Shown here piece by piece: positions 50,785 to 61,300 of a DNA stretch of 64,000 nucleotides. Source of the DNA: Rickettsiales bacterium (GTDB taxonomy: Bacteria; Pseudomonadota; Alphaproteobacteria; Rickettsiales; UBA998); assembly GCA_046348685.1 (NCBI GenBank), contig JAXMDT010000004.1, positions 128,473 to 192,472 of the forward strand. Direction: 5' to 3'. Numbering within the stretch: position 1 is the first letter of the stretch; each line of letters starts with the position of its first letter. The notes beneath the pieces are model-generated. The model saw only the letters and a program-made list of their open reading frames with translations, ran no database searches and was not told the DNA's origin. The position numbers and the translations under genes were made by a program.

Positions 50785-51999
50785 TCAGCTCCCTTTAGAC
50801 TTACTGAAAAATACTGACTTTTTTGTTTTTGCTACCGGCTCTGATGTTTCACCAGTGATGAGTTCTGCTAAAGTCTTATACGCAGATTTTATGCCTGCGT
50901 TTTTACTGGCATCCAGTAGCATTTCACCATTGGCAGCCGCTGAGATCGCTTCAGGTGCGTAAGGAATGTAAGCGTCTAAAGGACGTCCATAATGTTTTTC
51001 AAAATCAACTTTAGCAATTTCGTGCTTCGGCGCGAAGCCAGCTTTGTTGGAAATGACGATTGGCAGCGGTTTACGGAGAGTGTCTTTTATTAAATCATGA
51101 TGGCGCAGTAAATCGCGCAGGCTAAGCAGCGTTGGGTCGCTGATCAGTGCGATGCGGTCAGTCTGTAGCAAAACAGCACGTGTAAAGGGCGTAAGCGCGC
51201 GCGGTATATCGACCAGTATCAGGTCGTATTTTTCGCGAACGCGCGATAGCAGGACGTCAGCAGCTTCGGTTTTGACAGTAATATTCTCCTTAAATGGGAT
51301 TTCAGCGCTTAGAATATCCAGATTATCATTTATCCGTATCATCACACGGTCGAGGAACAGCCCATCAATTCGCTCTGGGTTTTCGAGTAGCGTATGTAAC
51401 TCCCGAGTCGGATCGACATCGAAATTCATCGCTATCGTGCCGAAATAGGGGTCGAGGTCGAGCAGCGCCGTACGTTTCCCCATATCCCGGGAGATCGTTA
51501 AAGCCAGATTGCTTGCTATGGTTGAGGTGCCTACACCTCCACGCGCACCAAGGAAAGTTATGACGGTTCCTTTTTTCTTTTCATGGGTTTCGGGTTTTAC
51601 ACTTTGAGTTCCTTTTTTAATGGCATTCTCAAGCACGGCATCAGTAAAGGGTTCAAGCAAATAGGTAAATGCCCCGATTTCCATCAGCCAGGAGTAAAAG
51701 CTGAATTCATTGACGGTGCCGGTGACGATTAGTTTGACATTTGGATCACAGATTTCAGCCAATTGATCGAGTAGCGCAGGGGCTTCGGCAGCGGAAGGCA
51801 CTTCCACCATTAAAAATGCCGGAGTTTTATGCTCTTTAAGGAAAGCGATTGCATCGACGACCGTGCCGTGGCGAAGGCAATCCGCAGGCCAGCCGAATTT
51901 AGGCGCGCACGTTCTTATTGCTTCCTGACTTGCCGTATCGGTAAGAAACGCAAGAAAAGAGCTGGCGGGTTTGGAACTGAGGGAAGGACCAGCTGTCAT
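50785..51999 (-). CDS. cpaE: CpaE/TadZ pilus localisation protein (pseudo-receiver + ParA/MinD-like domain)
   Basis: 404 aa. N-terminal receiver-like domain, then the atypical Walker A FLGARGGVGTSTIASNLA characteristic of TadZ/CpaE. Confidence 0.85.
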   Translation of the reverse strand: MTAGPSLSSKPASSFLAFLTDTASQEAIRTCAPKFGWPADCLRHGTVVDAIAFLKEHKTPAFLMVEVPSAAEAPALLDQLAEICDPNVKLIVTGTVNEFSFYSWLMEIGAFTYLLEPFTDAVLENAIKKGTQSVKPETHEKKKGTVITFLGARGGVGTSTIASNLALTISRDMGKRTALLDLDPYFGTIAMNFDVDPTRELHTLLENPERIDGLFLDRVMIRINDNLDILSAEIPFKENITVKTEAADVLLSRVREKYDLILVDIPRALTPFTRAVLLQTDRIALISDPTLLSLRDLLRHHDLIKDTLRKPLPIVISNKAGFAPKHEIAKVDFEKHYGRPLDAYIPYAPEAISAAANGEMLLDASKNAGIKSAYKTLAELITGETSEPVAKTKKSVFFSKSKGS

Positions 52000-52004
52000 G
52001 AAGC

Positions 52005-52643
52005 TTAGTTTCCTCCGGTTGTTTCAGAAGAACCGCTATCTGACGGCGCATTCGCGGCGGCGGCGACGGGCGCATCGCCATTATAATAACGCTGAATGGC
52101 GGGCACGGATGTTTCTGAACCGTGCTGATTACTCGATTTGCCTTTCACGAGATCACTCGGATCAGCAACCATGGCAGTTAGGTTTAAAACATTTGCGCAC
52201 CCTAAGTGGCTGGAGAGATAATCATCCTGGTTAAAAGTTCCGGTGCTATGCCAGTTCGGGCATTTTTCCGGCAACGGAAAAAATTTATAGCGTACATAGA
52301 GGCTGAGCGGGTTGGGATCATGATCGACCGAGACGGTGATCATATCCGCATCAAAGCCATTATCGACCAGGAAAACCTGAAGATCGCGCACTTTCTCGGA
52401 ATAAGCAATAGAAGGCAGGTTTGTACTAATCACTGCTTTCTTCAGCGAATCGCGCGGAATACCGGACAATGCGTGCTGGAGAGAAACGCGCTCTTCCATA
52501 TCGAGCATATCGTACGTTTGATCCGGCGGAAACACATAGCTTGTCTCACGAAAAACTGGATCGGACGAAACGCGTTGTTCATCGTAGCTGGCGCATCCGG
52601 CAAGAAGCAGAAGGGTCAGCAGCATGGGAGCGGTATGTTTCAT
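52005..52643 (-). CDS. cpaD: CpaD pilus assembly lipoprotein
   Basis: Lipobox LLLLAGC. C-terminal GCANVLNLTAMVADPSDLV...AIQRY as in CpaD. ATG 52643 (GGAG 8 nt upstream) is preferred over the called 52682, which would overlap cpaC. Confidence 0.75.
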   Translation of the reverse strand: MKHTAPMLLTLLLLAGCASYDEQRVSSDPVFRETSYVFPPDQTYDMLDMEERVSLQHALSGIPRDSLKKAVISTNLPSIAYSEKVRDLQVFLVDNGFDADMITVSVDHDPNPLSLYVRYKFFPLPEKCPNWHSTGTFNQDDYLSSHLGCANVLNLTAMVADPSDLVKGKSSNQHGSETSVPAIQRYYNGDAPVAAAANAPSDSGSSETTGGN

Positions 52644-52653
52644 GATCAGTCTC

Positions 52654-54054
52654 CTATCGCATGATGAATCCGGCCGGACCATTCAGTCGCGGATGGTGTT
52701 TTGGCTCATCCACGGCCTCATTGCTGGCGGTCGTTGTCGGGTTTTCTTCCGGTTCGCGGTAGAGTTTACCCCACAGAATACGATCGATATCCGATGCCGG
52801 CTGATACGCATCGACCGGCGTACGCAGCTCGGCATCGCGAACGCCTTTCACAATATAAGGCGTCACAATGATGACGAGCTCGGATTGATCCTGGCGGAAT
52901 TCATTGGAGCGGAAAAGAGCGCCCAGCACCGGCAAATCCCCAAGGGCGGGCACTTTGGAAATATCGTTTGAGTGATCACTGCGCAGCAGGCCCGCAATCG
53001 CAAAACTTTCACCGCTGCCAAGCTCCACTGTCGTTGAAGCACGGCGTGTCAGAAGAGATGGAATATTAAATCCGTTAGCTTGAATGCCGTTTGCGGTCGT
53101 CAGCGTGCTTACTTCCGGGCGCACCGTCAGGTTTATTTTCTGGGCAGACATCACGACAGGCGTAAAATCAAGGCTTACACCAAATTGACGGTATTCAATC
53201 GTCACCGCGCTATTTTCCCCTACCACAGGAATCGGAAATTCGCCACCGGCAAGAAAATTCGCAGCGACACCGGATTTCGTCGTCAGGTTCGGCTCTGCAA
53301 GAACGGTCAGAAGACCATCATCTTCCAGCGCATCGATAACGCCATTTATATCTGCGTCATTGCTGTGATAACCCAGCGCGATACTATTATCCGTACCGGA
53401 GCGCAGAATTGCACCAGTGGCGTCGGCAATGATGTCGCGACCGGTTGCCAGGCCAAAGACAAAGTTTCCTACATTAAGGATGGATTCCAGATTGATGCCA
53501 AAGCGTTTGAGCTCAGAGCGCGAAACCTCAGCAACTTTTACTTTGAGCATGACCTGATCGCCTTCATCAGTGTCGATCATGTTGATGATGCTCTGGTTTG
53601 ATTGCAGAAAGCTCGAAGCGACGCGCTGGATGCGCTCCGCTACGGCGGGCGAGGGAACGCTGCCTTTCATGACGATGGCGTTATCCGTCGATTCGAAATC
53701 TACCCTTGCATCCGGCATGGACTTGAGAATGGATTGTTTCAGCTTACTTAAATTATGCGTCACCGTCAGGCTGCCTTCGAGCACGACTTTATCGTTATCG
53801 CCGATGGCAAGCACGCTGGTTTCACCGATCCGGCGGCCGCTGGCATAAACCAGGTGAGGGGAGAGCACCTGTACGTCAGCGATCTCCGGATCGGAGACGA
53901 CAACCGTGGCAGCGCTATCTTTCAAATGAATCAGTTTACCCTTGTTGATTTCGACTGAAAAACTGCCCGTTGTAGCTTCGGCATGGGCAGAGCCGGCACC
54001 CAGCGCCAGCAGGAAGCTGATGGCAAGTGCGCGTAATGTGGTATGGATGTGCAT
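52654..54054 (-). CDS. cpaC: CpaC/RcpA outer-membrane secretin
   Basis: 466 aa. Signal peptide (LALGAGSAHA), BON-like N-domain, secretin C-domain (VPALGDLPVLGALFRS...ELVIIVTP). Confidence 0.9.
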   Translation of the reverse strand: MHIHTTLRALAISFLLALGAGSAHAEATTGSFSVEINKGKLIHLKDSAATVVVSDPEIADVQVLSPHLVYASGRRIGETSVLAIGDNDKVVLEGSLTVTHNLSKLKQSILKSMPDARVDFESTDNAIVMKGSVPSPAVAERIQRVASSFLQSNQSIINMIDTDEGDQVMLKVKVAEVSRSELKRFGINLESILNVGNFVFGLATGRDIIADATGAILRSGTDNSIALGYHSNDADINGVIDALEDDGLLTVLAEPNLTTKSGVAANFLAGGEFPIPVVGENSAVTIEYRQFGVSLDFTPVVMSAQKINLTVRPEVSTLTTANGIQANGFNIPSLLTRRASTTVELGSGESFAIAGLLRSDHSNDISKVPALGDLPVLGALFRSNEFRQDQSELVIIVTPYIVKGVRDAELRTPVDAYQPASDIDRILWGKLYREPEENPTTTASNEAVDEPKHHPRLNGPAGFIMR

Positions 54055-54066
54055 AACAATCCCCCT

Positions 54067-54900
54067 TTAATTTCGATCAAACTCAACTTCTTTGCTTTCA
54101 TCGCCCCGGATGACTTTCACTTTGATTGCAGCGGAGCTGCGCGGACCAATAATCTGACTGACATCGCTGTCGCGTGTGTATTTCTGCTTCGAATCATCTT
54201 CGGCAGCGTTATCGACATCATCTTTATTGAGGCTTCTCAGGCTGAGCGAGATTTTACCCAGGTCTTTTGCAACATTTATTTTTTCTGCCTGACGCTCCGT
54301 CACCTCAAGAGTAATTGTTTTAGCAAGCATAGCTGTATTTTTTTCATTCTCGACCGTTTGATCCACCGCCAGAACACGGATATTTTCAATGAAAGTTTCG
54401 CTCGCCAATACCTCTTCGGATTGCTCACCGTCTAAAGAACGGCGGCGGATGCTATGAGTGAGAATCAGATCGACCTTGTCACCCGGGAAAATAAAACCGG
54501 CATTACCGGATGTTGAATCAACGGCGATAGAAACGGCGCGCATATTGGGTTTGAGAACTGCCGCCATAAACCCACCTTCGTGAGACTTAACAACACTGTT
54601 TTCAGTGACTGGCGTGCCGCGAGTAACCATCTGGCGAGCAACAGCGCCATTGTAGTCCTCAGGATTCACGGTACCTTCAAGAATAAAATTTTTCTGGATT
54701 TTCTCTTCCGGCCATTCCGCCCATTGCAGGTGCTTGCCGGTATGAATAAAGCTGCCTTGTGGAATATCTATTGCTGCAACAAGGACGCGCGGTTCGCTAG
54801 GACCCTGTTGTTCGTCACCCAGGAAACCGCGCATCATGAAGGCGGCGCCAAAAGCTACCGCCCCGGCGACAATCAGCAGGAGTGTAGAACGTGATGACAT
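54067..54900 (-). CDS. cpaB: CpaB/RcpC Flp pilus assembly protein
   Basis: 277 aa. N-terminal TM anchor, SAF domain, RcpC-like C-terminus. First gene of the minus-strand cpaB-tadC module. Confidence 0.85.
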   Translation of the reverse strand: MSSRSTLLLIVAGAVAFGAAFMMRGFLGDEQQGPSEPRVLVAAIDIPQGSFIHTGKHLQWAEWPEEKIQKNFILEGTVNPEDYNGAVARQMVTRGTPVTENSVVKSHEGGFMAAVLKPNMRAVSIAVDSTSGNAGFIFPGDKVDLILTHSIRRRSLDGEQSEEVLASETFIENIRVLAVDQTVENEKNTAMLAKTITLEVTERQAEKINVAKDLGKISLSLRSLNKDDVDNAAEDDSKQKYTRDSDVSQIIGPRSSAAIKVKVIRGDESKEVEFDRN

Positions 54901-55050
54901 CTCAAACTCGTTGGTTACGTTATTTGATTAACCAAATGCATTTTGCATTCGTACGTGTTGATATGTTGCAGTGTAGCATGCATATGCTTAACAAAGCGTT
55001 TAGTAAAAATTAACGATCTCGGTGATTTGATTTAATTTTCTATGACTTTA

Positions 55051-56088
55051 TTAAGAGCTGGCTTGTGCCTTATTTTGACTGCGTACCGGAAACGGAGTGC
55101 CAAAATAATATCCCTGGAAAAGATCTACCTGGAGTGACTTCAAAGAAAGGAACACGTCTTCGCTTTCAATACGCTCACCAATGACTTTTGCTTTTTTAAT
55201 ATGGGATAGCTGGACGAGTTGCTGAATCATATCCTGGGTTGAGGACTGCGTGATAGATTGCGTCAGCGCATGATCCATTTTTATGAAATCCGGCGAGATG
55301 CCATGGATAAGCCGTTCAGCATCACGAAGATTGGTAATATCGTCCAGCGCGATGGCATATCCTTGCTGACGGCAGTAATCGCCAATGGCTTTCAGATGTC
55401 CCATGTTTTTCTGGGCTTCTGAGCGAGTGATATCCAGCACGATATGGTTGGAAGGTATGCCATACCGCTCGATCTCGCGCTTTAAATTGTCGAGATATAT
55501 TTCGGGACGGTGAATGAATCCGGCGAAGAAATTGATAAAAAGCGGTCCGCCATAACCGAACTCAACGTAGGCTTCGATGGCTTTGTGATGCAGGAAGCGA
55601 TCCAGGCGATACTCTATATTCAGCGCCCGGCCCGCCTCCACGATGGATGCACCGCCAACCACGGTCTCGCTGCCTTGCTCCACTCTGGCGAATGCTTCAT
55701 AGCCGAATGCCATGCCCTGTGCATCGACGATAGGCTGCAAATAACAGACAAGCCTATTTTCCATTAATGCATCGCCGAGCCAAAGGCTTTTTGCAATGCC
55801 ACTGACAAAATCCGCGCCTCGTAATTCCTGTTCTATCGTGCCTGAGCTTGGTTCCGACTCGGATGGTATTACCGCGATGCGTGCGCGTCCAAACACATCA
55901 TGTGCAATTAGAAGGGTGGCTAATTGGTTCCATGCTTCAACCCAGGTATGTTCCGTCTTGATAAGACGCACATCTTGCCGGGTGCTATAGCCGGCTTGCT
56001 GTAACGCCGGATAAGCGGCATCGGCGTCTTTAACGACAATCCAGTAACGGTTTGCAGCATTCCAAGGCAAATGGTGTTTTTGCGGCAT
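55051..56088 (-). CDS. EAL-domain protein with unknown N-terminal domain
   Basis: 345 aa. EAL fold with signature YEAFAR (EAF for EAL), INFF, LDITRSE, IALDDITNL (for DDFGTG), IKMD, GERIE, QGYYFG. Confidence 0.8.
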   Translation of the reverse strand: MPQKHHLPWNAANRYWIVVKDADAAYPALQQAGYSTRQDVRLIKTEHTWVEAWNQLATLLIAHDVFGRARIAVIPSESEPSSGTIEQELRGADFVSGIAKSLWLGDALMENRLVCYLQPIVDAQGMAFGYEAFARVEQGSETVVGGASIVEAGRALNIEYRLDRFLHHKAIEAYVEFGYGGPLFINFFAGFIHRPEIYLDNLKREIERYGIPSNHIVLDITRSEAQKNMGHLKAIGDYCRQQGYAIALDDITNLRDAERLIHGISPDFIKMDHALTQSITQSSTQDMIQQLVQLSHIKKAKVIGERIESEDVFLSLKSLQVDLFQGYYFGTPFPVRSQNKAQASS

Positions 56089-56196
56089 GTGTCCGCCGTG
56101 AGATAAAATTGATCTCTAGTATTATATAGTAGGATACTCTTAATATTCGATTGATGGTAGCAGAAACATTTTATAATCGTTTGAATAAAATGCATT

Positions 56197-58347
56197 TTAT
56201 TTTACATAAAACGATATTTTCTGCGTCGTTACCGTTCCATCTTCGCTCTTGATACGGGCCTGCAATCGATGGTGTCCGCGTTGCAGAGGCCAGAGGTAAC
56301 GCGTTTCGTGTGATGTTATGTTTTCATCGTTTAATAACCATTCAACCGGCGTATGTTCATACACGCCATCTACTTTGAATTCAAATTTTTGCAGTTCGCG
56401 CGGAATACGTGGGTCAACTGCAAGGCGCAGACCTTCGGTTGGACTGACAAGAGAAAAACGGTGTTTTGAAATGTGAGGCGCAGGTGAATCGGGTGTATGT
56501 TCTGCCATGAAATATTCGCTCCGCGGATAGCAACTTTCTTTTGCTATGACAGAAAGACAGATCTCTTTTTTCACGAGTTTAGGACTTAGGAAAAGTGGCG
56601 TCGTTTTTTTATTTTTATTCAATTCTGAAAAAACACCTCGCAGAACGAGGGCAGGGCCAGCGATTCCAGTAACGCCATCGGTTGGCGTTTGATCAAGATT
56701 ACCCATCCAAACACCGACGACATAGCGGCTATCAAACCCGACCGCCCAGGCATCACGATAGTCGGTAGAAGTGCCGGTCTTGGCCGCGGTCTGAACGGGC
56801 AGGTTCAATACGCTGCCGGTGCCGAATTCGCGCCGACGTGCCCATGGATCCGACAGGATATTAGCAATAAGCGATGCCGATTCCTCCGAAAAGATACGTT
56901 GTGATTCGCCCGTATCTCCATCCAGTGTGCTGCGCAATGGACGATAGACACCGCGATGTGCCAGCGCAGCATAGCCTTGCACTAATTCCAGCAACGTGAC
57001 TTCGCCATTACCAAGCGCAAGGCCTTCATCATAAACATCGGCGTTCTGCGTCAGGCTGGAAAACCCCAGATCATGCAGCGTGGTCAGGTAATCAACGGCG
57101 CCAACAAAACTAATCGTGCGCAGGGCAGGGATATTGAGTGAATTCGCCAATGCCTCGCGCAACGTCACCGGCCCGTAAAAGGTGTTACTATAATTCTTGA
57201 AGCGGTGCAGGCCGTTACCAACAGCTTCGCTAAGTGGCGAATCATTGATGAGCGTCGCCGGAGTCCAGCCCGCTTCCAATGCTTTGGCATAAAGGAAAGG
57301 TTTCAGGGCCGAACCCGGCTGACGCGGCGTGATGACGGCGTTAATCTGATTAGCAGGAGTATCCGCATCCTGATTACCGCCAACGACCCAGGCAAGAATT
57401 TCGCCTGTTTCATGATCGGCAACGAGCGCGGCGGCATTATGTATATTTTTCTTAGCGAGCGATTGTAGCCGTGTATCAAGCAGATATTGCACACGGCTTT
57501 GCACATGCGCGTCGAGCGTTGTGCGGATGCTATGGGACAATAAAGGCTGGCTACGGCGTACATAAGAAATAAAATGCGACGCATCGACAGTATTTTCCGG
57601 AGGCTGGAGGTGGAAGGCCTCTTGGCGAATCTGCTGAGCGGCTTCTGCTGGTAGCATATTTTGCACGATGAGTTGCTGGGCTAAACGATTTATTGCGCCG
57701 TCAATTTTTTCGGGATGACGATAAAGATCATAGCTACTTGGTGCGCGTGCGAGGACAACCAGTGCCAGCATTTCCTTTTGCGATAATGTCGTAAGATCGC
57801 GATCGAAATAATAATGGGTTGCCTGTACGATACCACGGCGGTTGGAAGCATAAGGAATCTGGTTCAAATAGAATTCTAATATGTCGGATTTGCGGTATTG
57901 TGTTTCAAGCGATGCCGCTTCAAATCCTTCGAGCCATTTGGACCAGAGATTGCGCGGACGTGGATGCAGCATACGCACCACCTGCTCGGTAATAGTGCTG
58001 GCGCCGCGCGCGCTGCGGCCGGTAATATTCTGTTTTAGGGCACCAAGCCGCGCCTGCCAATCGACACCGTGATGCTGATAAAAGCGTTTGTCTTCCGACA
58101 GCAGAAAAGCACGTTTCAGAAAATCTGGAATGCGGTAAAGCGGCATGTGATCATAGGTATTCCAGCGGTTCTGATACGATATGCTAAGCGGCAGGCCAGT
58201 ACGGTCTGTCACCTGAATATGCTGCGCATCGGAAATCACCTGGCGGAGGCTTTTATCTACCGGCTGCAGGTCATAAAGCGTTTTTAAGGAGAAAGCGGCA
58301 CTAACCAGGATGACGCCAAACAAAAAGTATGAAAATTTACGTTTCAT
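56197..58347 (-). CDS. pbpC: penicillin-binding protein 1C
   Basis: 716 aa. Glycosyltransferase motifs EDKRFYQHHGVD and RGASTITEQ. Transpeptidase motifs SALKPF (SxxK), SLN, KTGTS. PBP1C-type C-terminal beta domain. Lies 19 nt downstream of the alpha-2-macroglobulin gene. Confidence 0.9.
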   Translation of the reverse strand: MKRKFSYFLFGVILVSAAFSLKTLYDLQPVDKSLRQVISDAQHIQVTDRTGLPLSISYQNRWNTYDHMPLYRIPDFLKRAFLLSEDKRFYQHHGVDWQARLGALKQNITGRSARGASTITEQVVRMLHPRPRNLWSKWLEGFEAASLETQYRKSDILEFYLNQIPYASNRRGIVQATHYYFDRDLTTLSQKEMLALVVLARAPSSYDLYRHPEKIDGAINRLAQQLIVQNMLPAEAAQQIRQEAFHLQPPENTVDASHFISYVRRSQPLLSHSIRTTLDAHVQSRVQYLLDTRLQSLAKKNIHNAAALVADHETGEILAWVVGGNQDADTPANQINAVITPRQPGSALKPFLYAKALEAGWTPATLINDSPLSEAVGNGLHRFKNYSNTFYGPVTLREALANSLNIPALRTISFVGAVDYLTTLHDLGFSSLTQNADVYDEGLALGNGEVTLLELVQGYAALAHRGVYRPLRSTLDGDTGESQRIFSEESASLIANILSDPWARRREFGTGSVLNLPVQTAAKTGTSTDYRDAWAVGFDSRYVVGVWMGNLDQTPTDGVTGIAGPALVLRGVFSELNKNKKTTPLFLSPKLVKKEICLSVIAKESCYPRSEYFMAEHTPDSPAPHISKHRFSLVSPTEGLRLAVDPRIPRELQKFEFKVDGVYEHTPVEWLLNDENITSHETRYLWPLQRGHHRLQARIKSEDGTVTTQKISFYVK

Positions 58348-58366
58348 AGATTCAGATCGCCGGCTG

Positions 58367-61300
58367 CTATTTGCCTACAACCGTCAGCTGTTCGGTGATG
58401 CCTTTGCCGAAAACATCCGGATCGTACATTTCCTCCGCGTGGGCAGGCATAACGGTGAATGTTCCCGGTGCGATAGCCTGTGCGGTATAGGATAGGTGAT
58501 AATTACCGGCGGGAAGGTAGTCGGAGTAATAGCGCACCGAATCATGGCGTATTTCCTGATGGTAGAAACTCCATCGCGAAACGTCATATTCCATCCAGTC
58601 GCCGTATTTAAACCACCAGGCGCCGCCAGCGGCTTCAAACTCCCCTTTATTCGCATCGACGGAAGATGTGTTGGCGAGATCGCGGTTTATCGGTTCAAGT
58701 CCGCCCGGCACAGCATCGTCAACGACAACGAAGTTACGCGCAGTAGCCAGCGACAGGTAGAGATCGACGCGCACCAGTTCGCCGCGTTTTATCCGGATCG
58801 GATTTTTTAGAAGCGTCCATTTGCCGTCGCGTTCAACGCTATATTCGCGCGTAAGTTCGATTCCGGCATTAGTCGGTTTATCAAAGTCACTTTTTGGCGC
58901 GTATGAGAGGCGTGTTGCATAATACAGTCTGCCTCCACCGCTACGGTTAATGCCAACAGTTGCTTTTGTGCCAGGATCGGTTGCCACTAGTGGCCGCTCA
59001 AAGGTCAGCGGTTTATCCGTAAAGGCATTGAAAGCGCCTTCGCCGAATGAAGTACCGTTTATATCGGCCTTAACGGTCATGGCAGGAGCTGTTTTTTCAT
59101 AGATACGGCTGAATTCGATCAGCGCATTCATACAGAACATGTTTTCCTGCGTGTTTTCCCAATGATCGCGGCTGCCGCGGCTTTGGGTGATCGTTCGCAC
59201 AAGTTTGAATGGCACATCACCAACAAGCTCTTTGTCTTCCGGTGTTTCGCCGTATTGGGTAAACGCATCGAGAATTGCGCAATTATCACGCAGCGGCGTC
59301 GCTAAAATGCGCGTATAGCTGTCATCCAGCGTTTCATTGAACGAAAATTTACCACCGCTCTGCGAAGCATGAGCCAGAATCATTTTGCTGACTTCCGCAG
59401 CCAGTTTTTCACCGCCGGATACATTGAGAGCCGCCTCTAAAAAATGTGTTTGCCCAAACAGGCTCATTTCTTTGACGTGTGGATGATAACGTTCAAGGTC
59501 GTCGAGTGAAATTTTACCGGTTTCTGAAAGCGCGGCCAATGCTACAGCGCGAACCGTGGAGCGCATGCCTTCCGAGTAGAAATCCGGTACAGCATCGCGG
59601 CGCAGGAGTTCAAGCAGGTATCGGTGCAGACGCGTTTCGACTTCTGCCGGAACCGTATAACCGCTCTGCCGCAGCCAGTTGAAGGCAAGTGCGGTATAGG
59701 CGCTGAGATAGGGGTCAGCGTATTCATCGTCAGGAACAAAATAAGCCATACCGCCATTCGGAGCCTGAAAATTAGCGGCCTCGGAAAGCATTTTGTCCGG
59801 CAGGCCATCACTGTCTTTCCAAAAATTCTTTTCCATGTAAGGTTTTAGATTTTTATAATGCGCTGCCATCGTGCCGCGCGTCAGTTTCTGTTCCCAGCAC
59901 GTATACGGATAATCGCGCAAATATCGGAATGCGCCGTCGACATTGGCAATCACAGTGGGTGTGGCTACCACGCTTACGCTACCGACGTCCGTTTCAATAT
60001 TTTCCGGAAAGAGTATAGATGTTTCCGCATGATCTTTTTCGGTCGTGCCGTAGGTTGCCGCAGTAACCAGCGAGCGGCGTTTTTCCACTTTCAGCGTCTG
60101 CTCCATGCCGTCGCTGTCGGACGCATCGCTGGCACGCGCGGTAAAGTGAATGAAACCGCTCAGTGTATCGCGGTCAGCTTTTACCGGCAGCGCTTTGACA
60201 GGCATCGATACCGTTTCGCGTTTATAGGGCTCCAGCGTGATTTCTTTAATGAGTTCAGCGGGTGTTTTACTGATGTCAATCAGCCCATCAGCGTGCAATG
60301 TAACCGTAAGGGTGCGTTTTTTGTCGGTACGGTTCATAATGCTGAAACCGGCTTCGAACATATCGCCTTCATTGACTTGATTGGGCATGACAGGGCGGAC
60401 TTCGGTAGGGCGGTTGACCTTAAAGCTGGCATCGCCCAAGCCGAATCTGTCAGTAGGCGTGACGGCAATCGCCAGCACGCGCCAACCGGTGAGATTGTCA
60501 GGAACTTCGAAGTTTATGGTTGCATCGCCTTTGGCATCGGTTTTTAGAGAAGGATTCCAGTAGCTGACGAATTTGAAAAGACTGCGCATGCTAAGATCGC
60601 TGCCGCCGTCACCGCCCGGATTGGCGCCTTTTTTCTCGAATTTCTGCCGTCCCACCAATCGCGTTAGCAAACTGTAGTTACGCAAATCCAGGCTATCGAG
60701 CGTATAGAAACCACGATAGGGATCATAGTAGGATTTACCGCCAGCAACCAGATCGAGTACCGCTTCGTCGAGTACGGCCACGGCAAGTTCAATCGGTTCT
60801 TTAGTACCTGGCTTTTTCGGTTCGGCATGTAGTGTTACGGTAACTTTATCGCGTGGACGGTAAACATCTTTATCCGGCTTGGCAGTAACCGTCATTTCCT
60901 TGTAGGCATCGTTTACCGGTACGCTGATATAGCCCATGCGGAAGGCAGGTTTGCCGAGGTCTACCTGGCCTTCGCCCAGCGGTTTTTCAACACGCGGTGA
61001 GACAACGGTGACGGAAAGATAATAGCCTGGCAGATAGTCGGGCTTCACGGGAAACTCTACGACCGGCGTGCTGCTGTCGAAGGTCTGCACGAAACGATCG
61101 ATAATCCCATAACGCTCAATCGTGATTAACGCCTTCGCGCCCGGGAAGGGGTTTTTAATGAGATAACGCGCCGTGTCACCGACATGATACTCAGTTTTTT
61201 CCGGTACAATGGTTAGATAAGAATCGCTGTCCTGATTCCAGAGCACGAAATCGCTACCCGTCGCCCAGATGGATAGCATGGACGAATGCGTACGGCCCTT

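Noticed and set aside
54901-55050. Short inverted repeats (AATGCA-ttt-TGCATT at 54935-54949, AGCAT-gcat-ATGCT nearby) and a search for CtrA boxes (TTAA-N7-TTAA) upstream of cpaB
   Set aside because: Arms of 5-6 bp are expected by chance in AT-rich DNA. No TTAA-N7-TTAA match was found here or upstream of the tadE-like genes.
56187-56198. Perfect 12-bp palindrome AAAATGCATTTT at the pbpC stop
   Set aside because: It is all A/T except the central GC, would form only a very weak hairpin, and has no following T-run distinct from the palindrome itself. It is not convincing as a terminator or operator.
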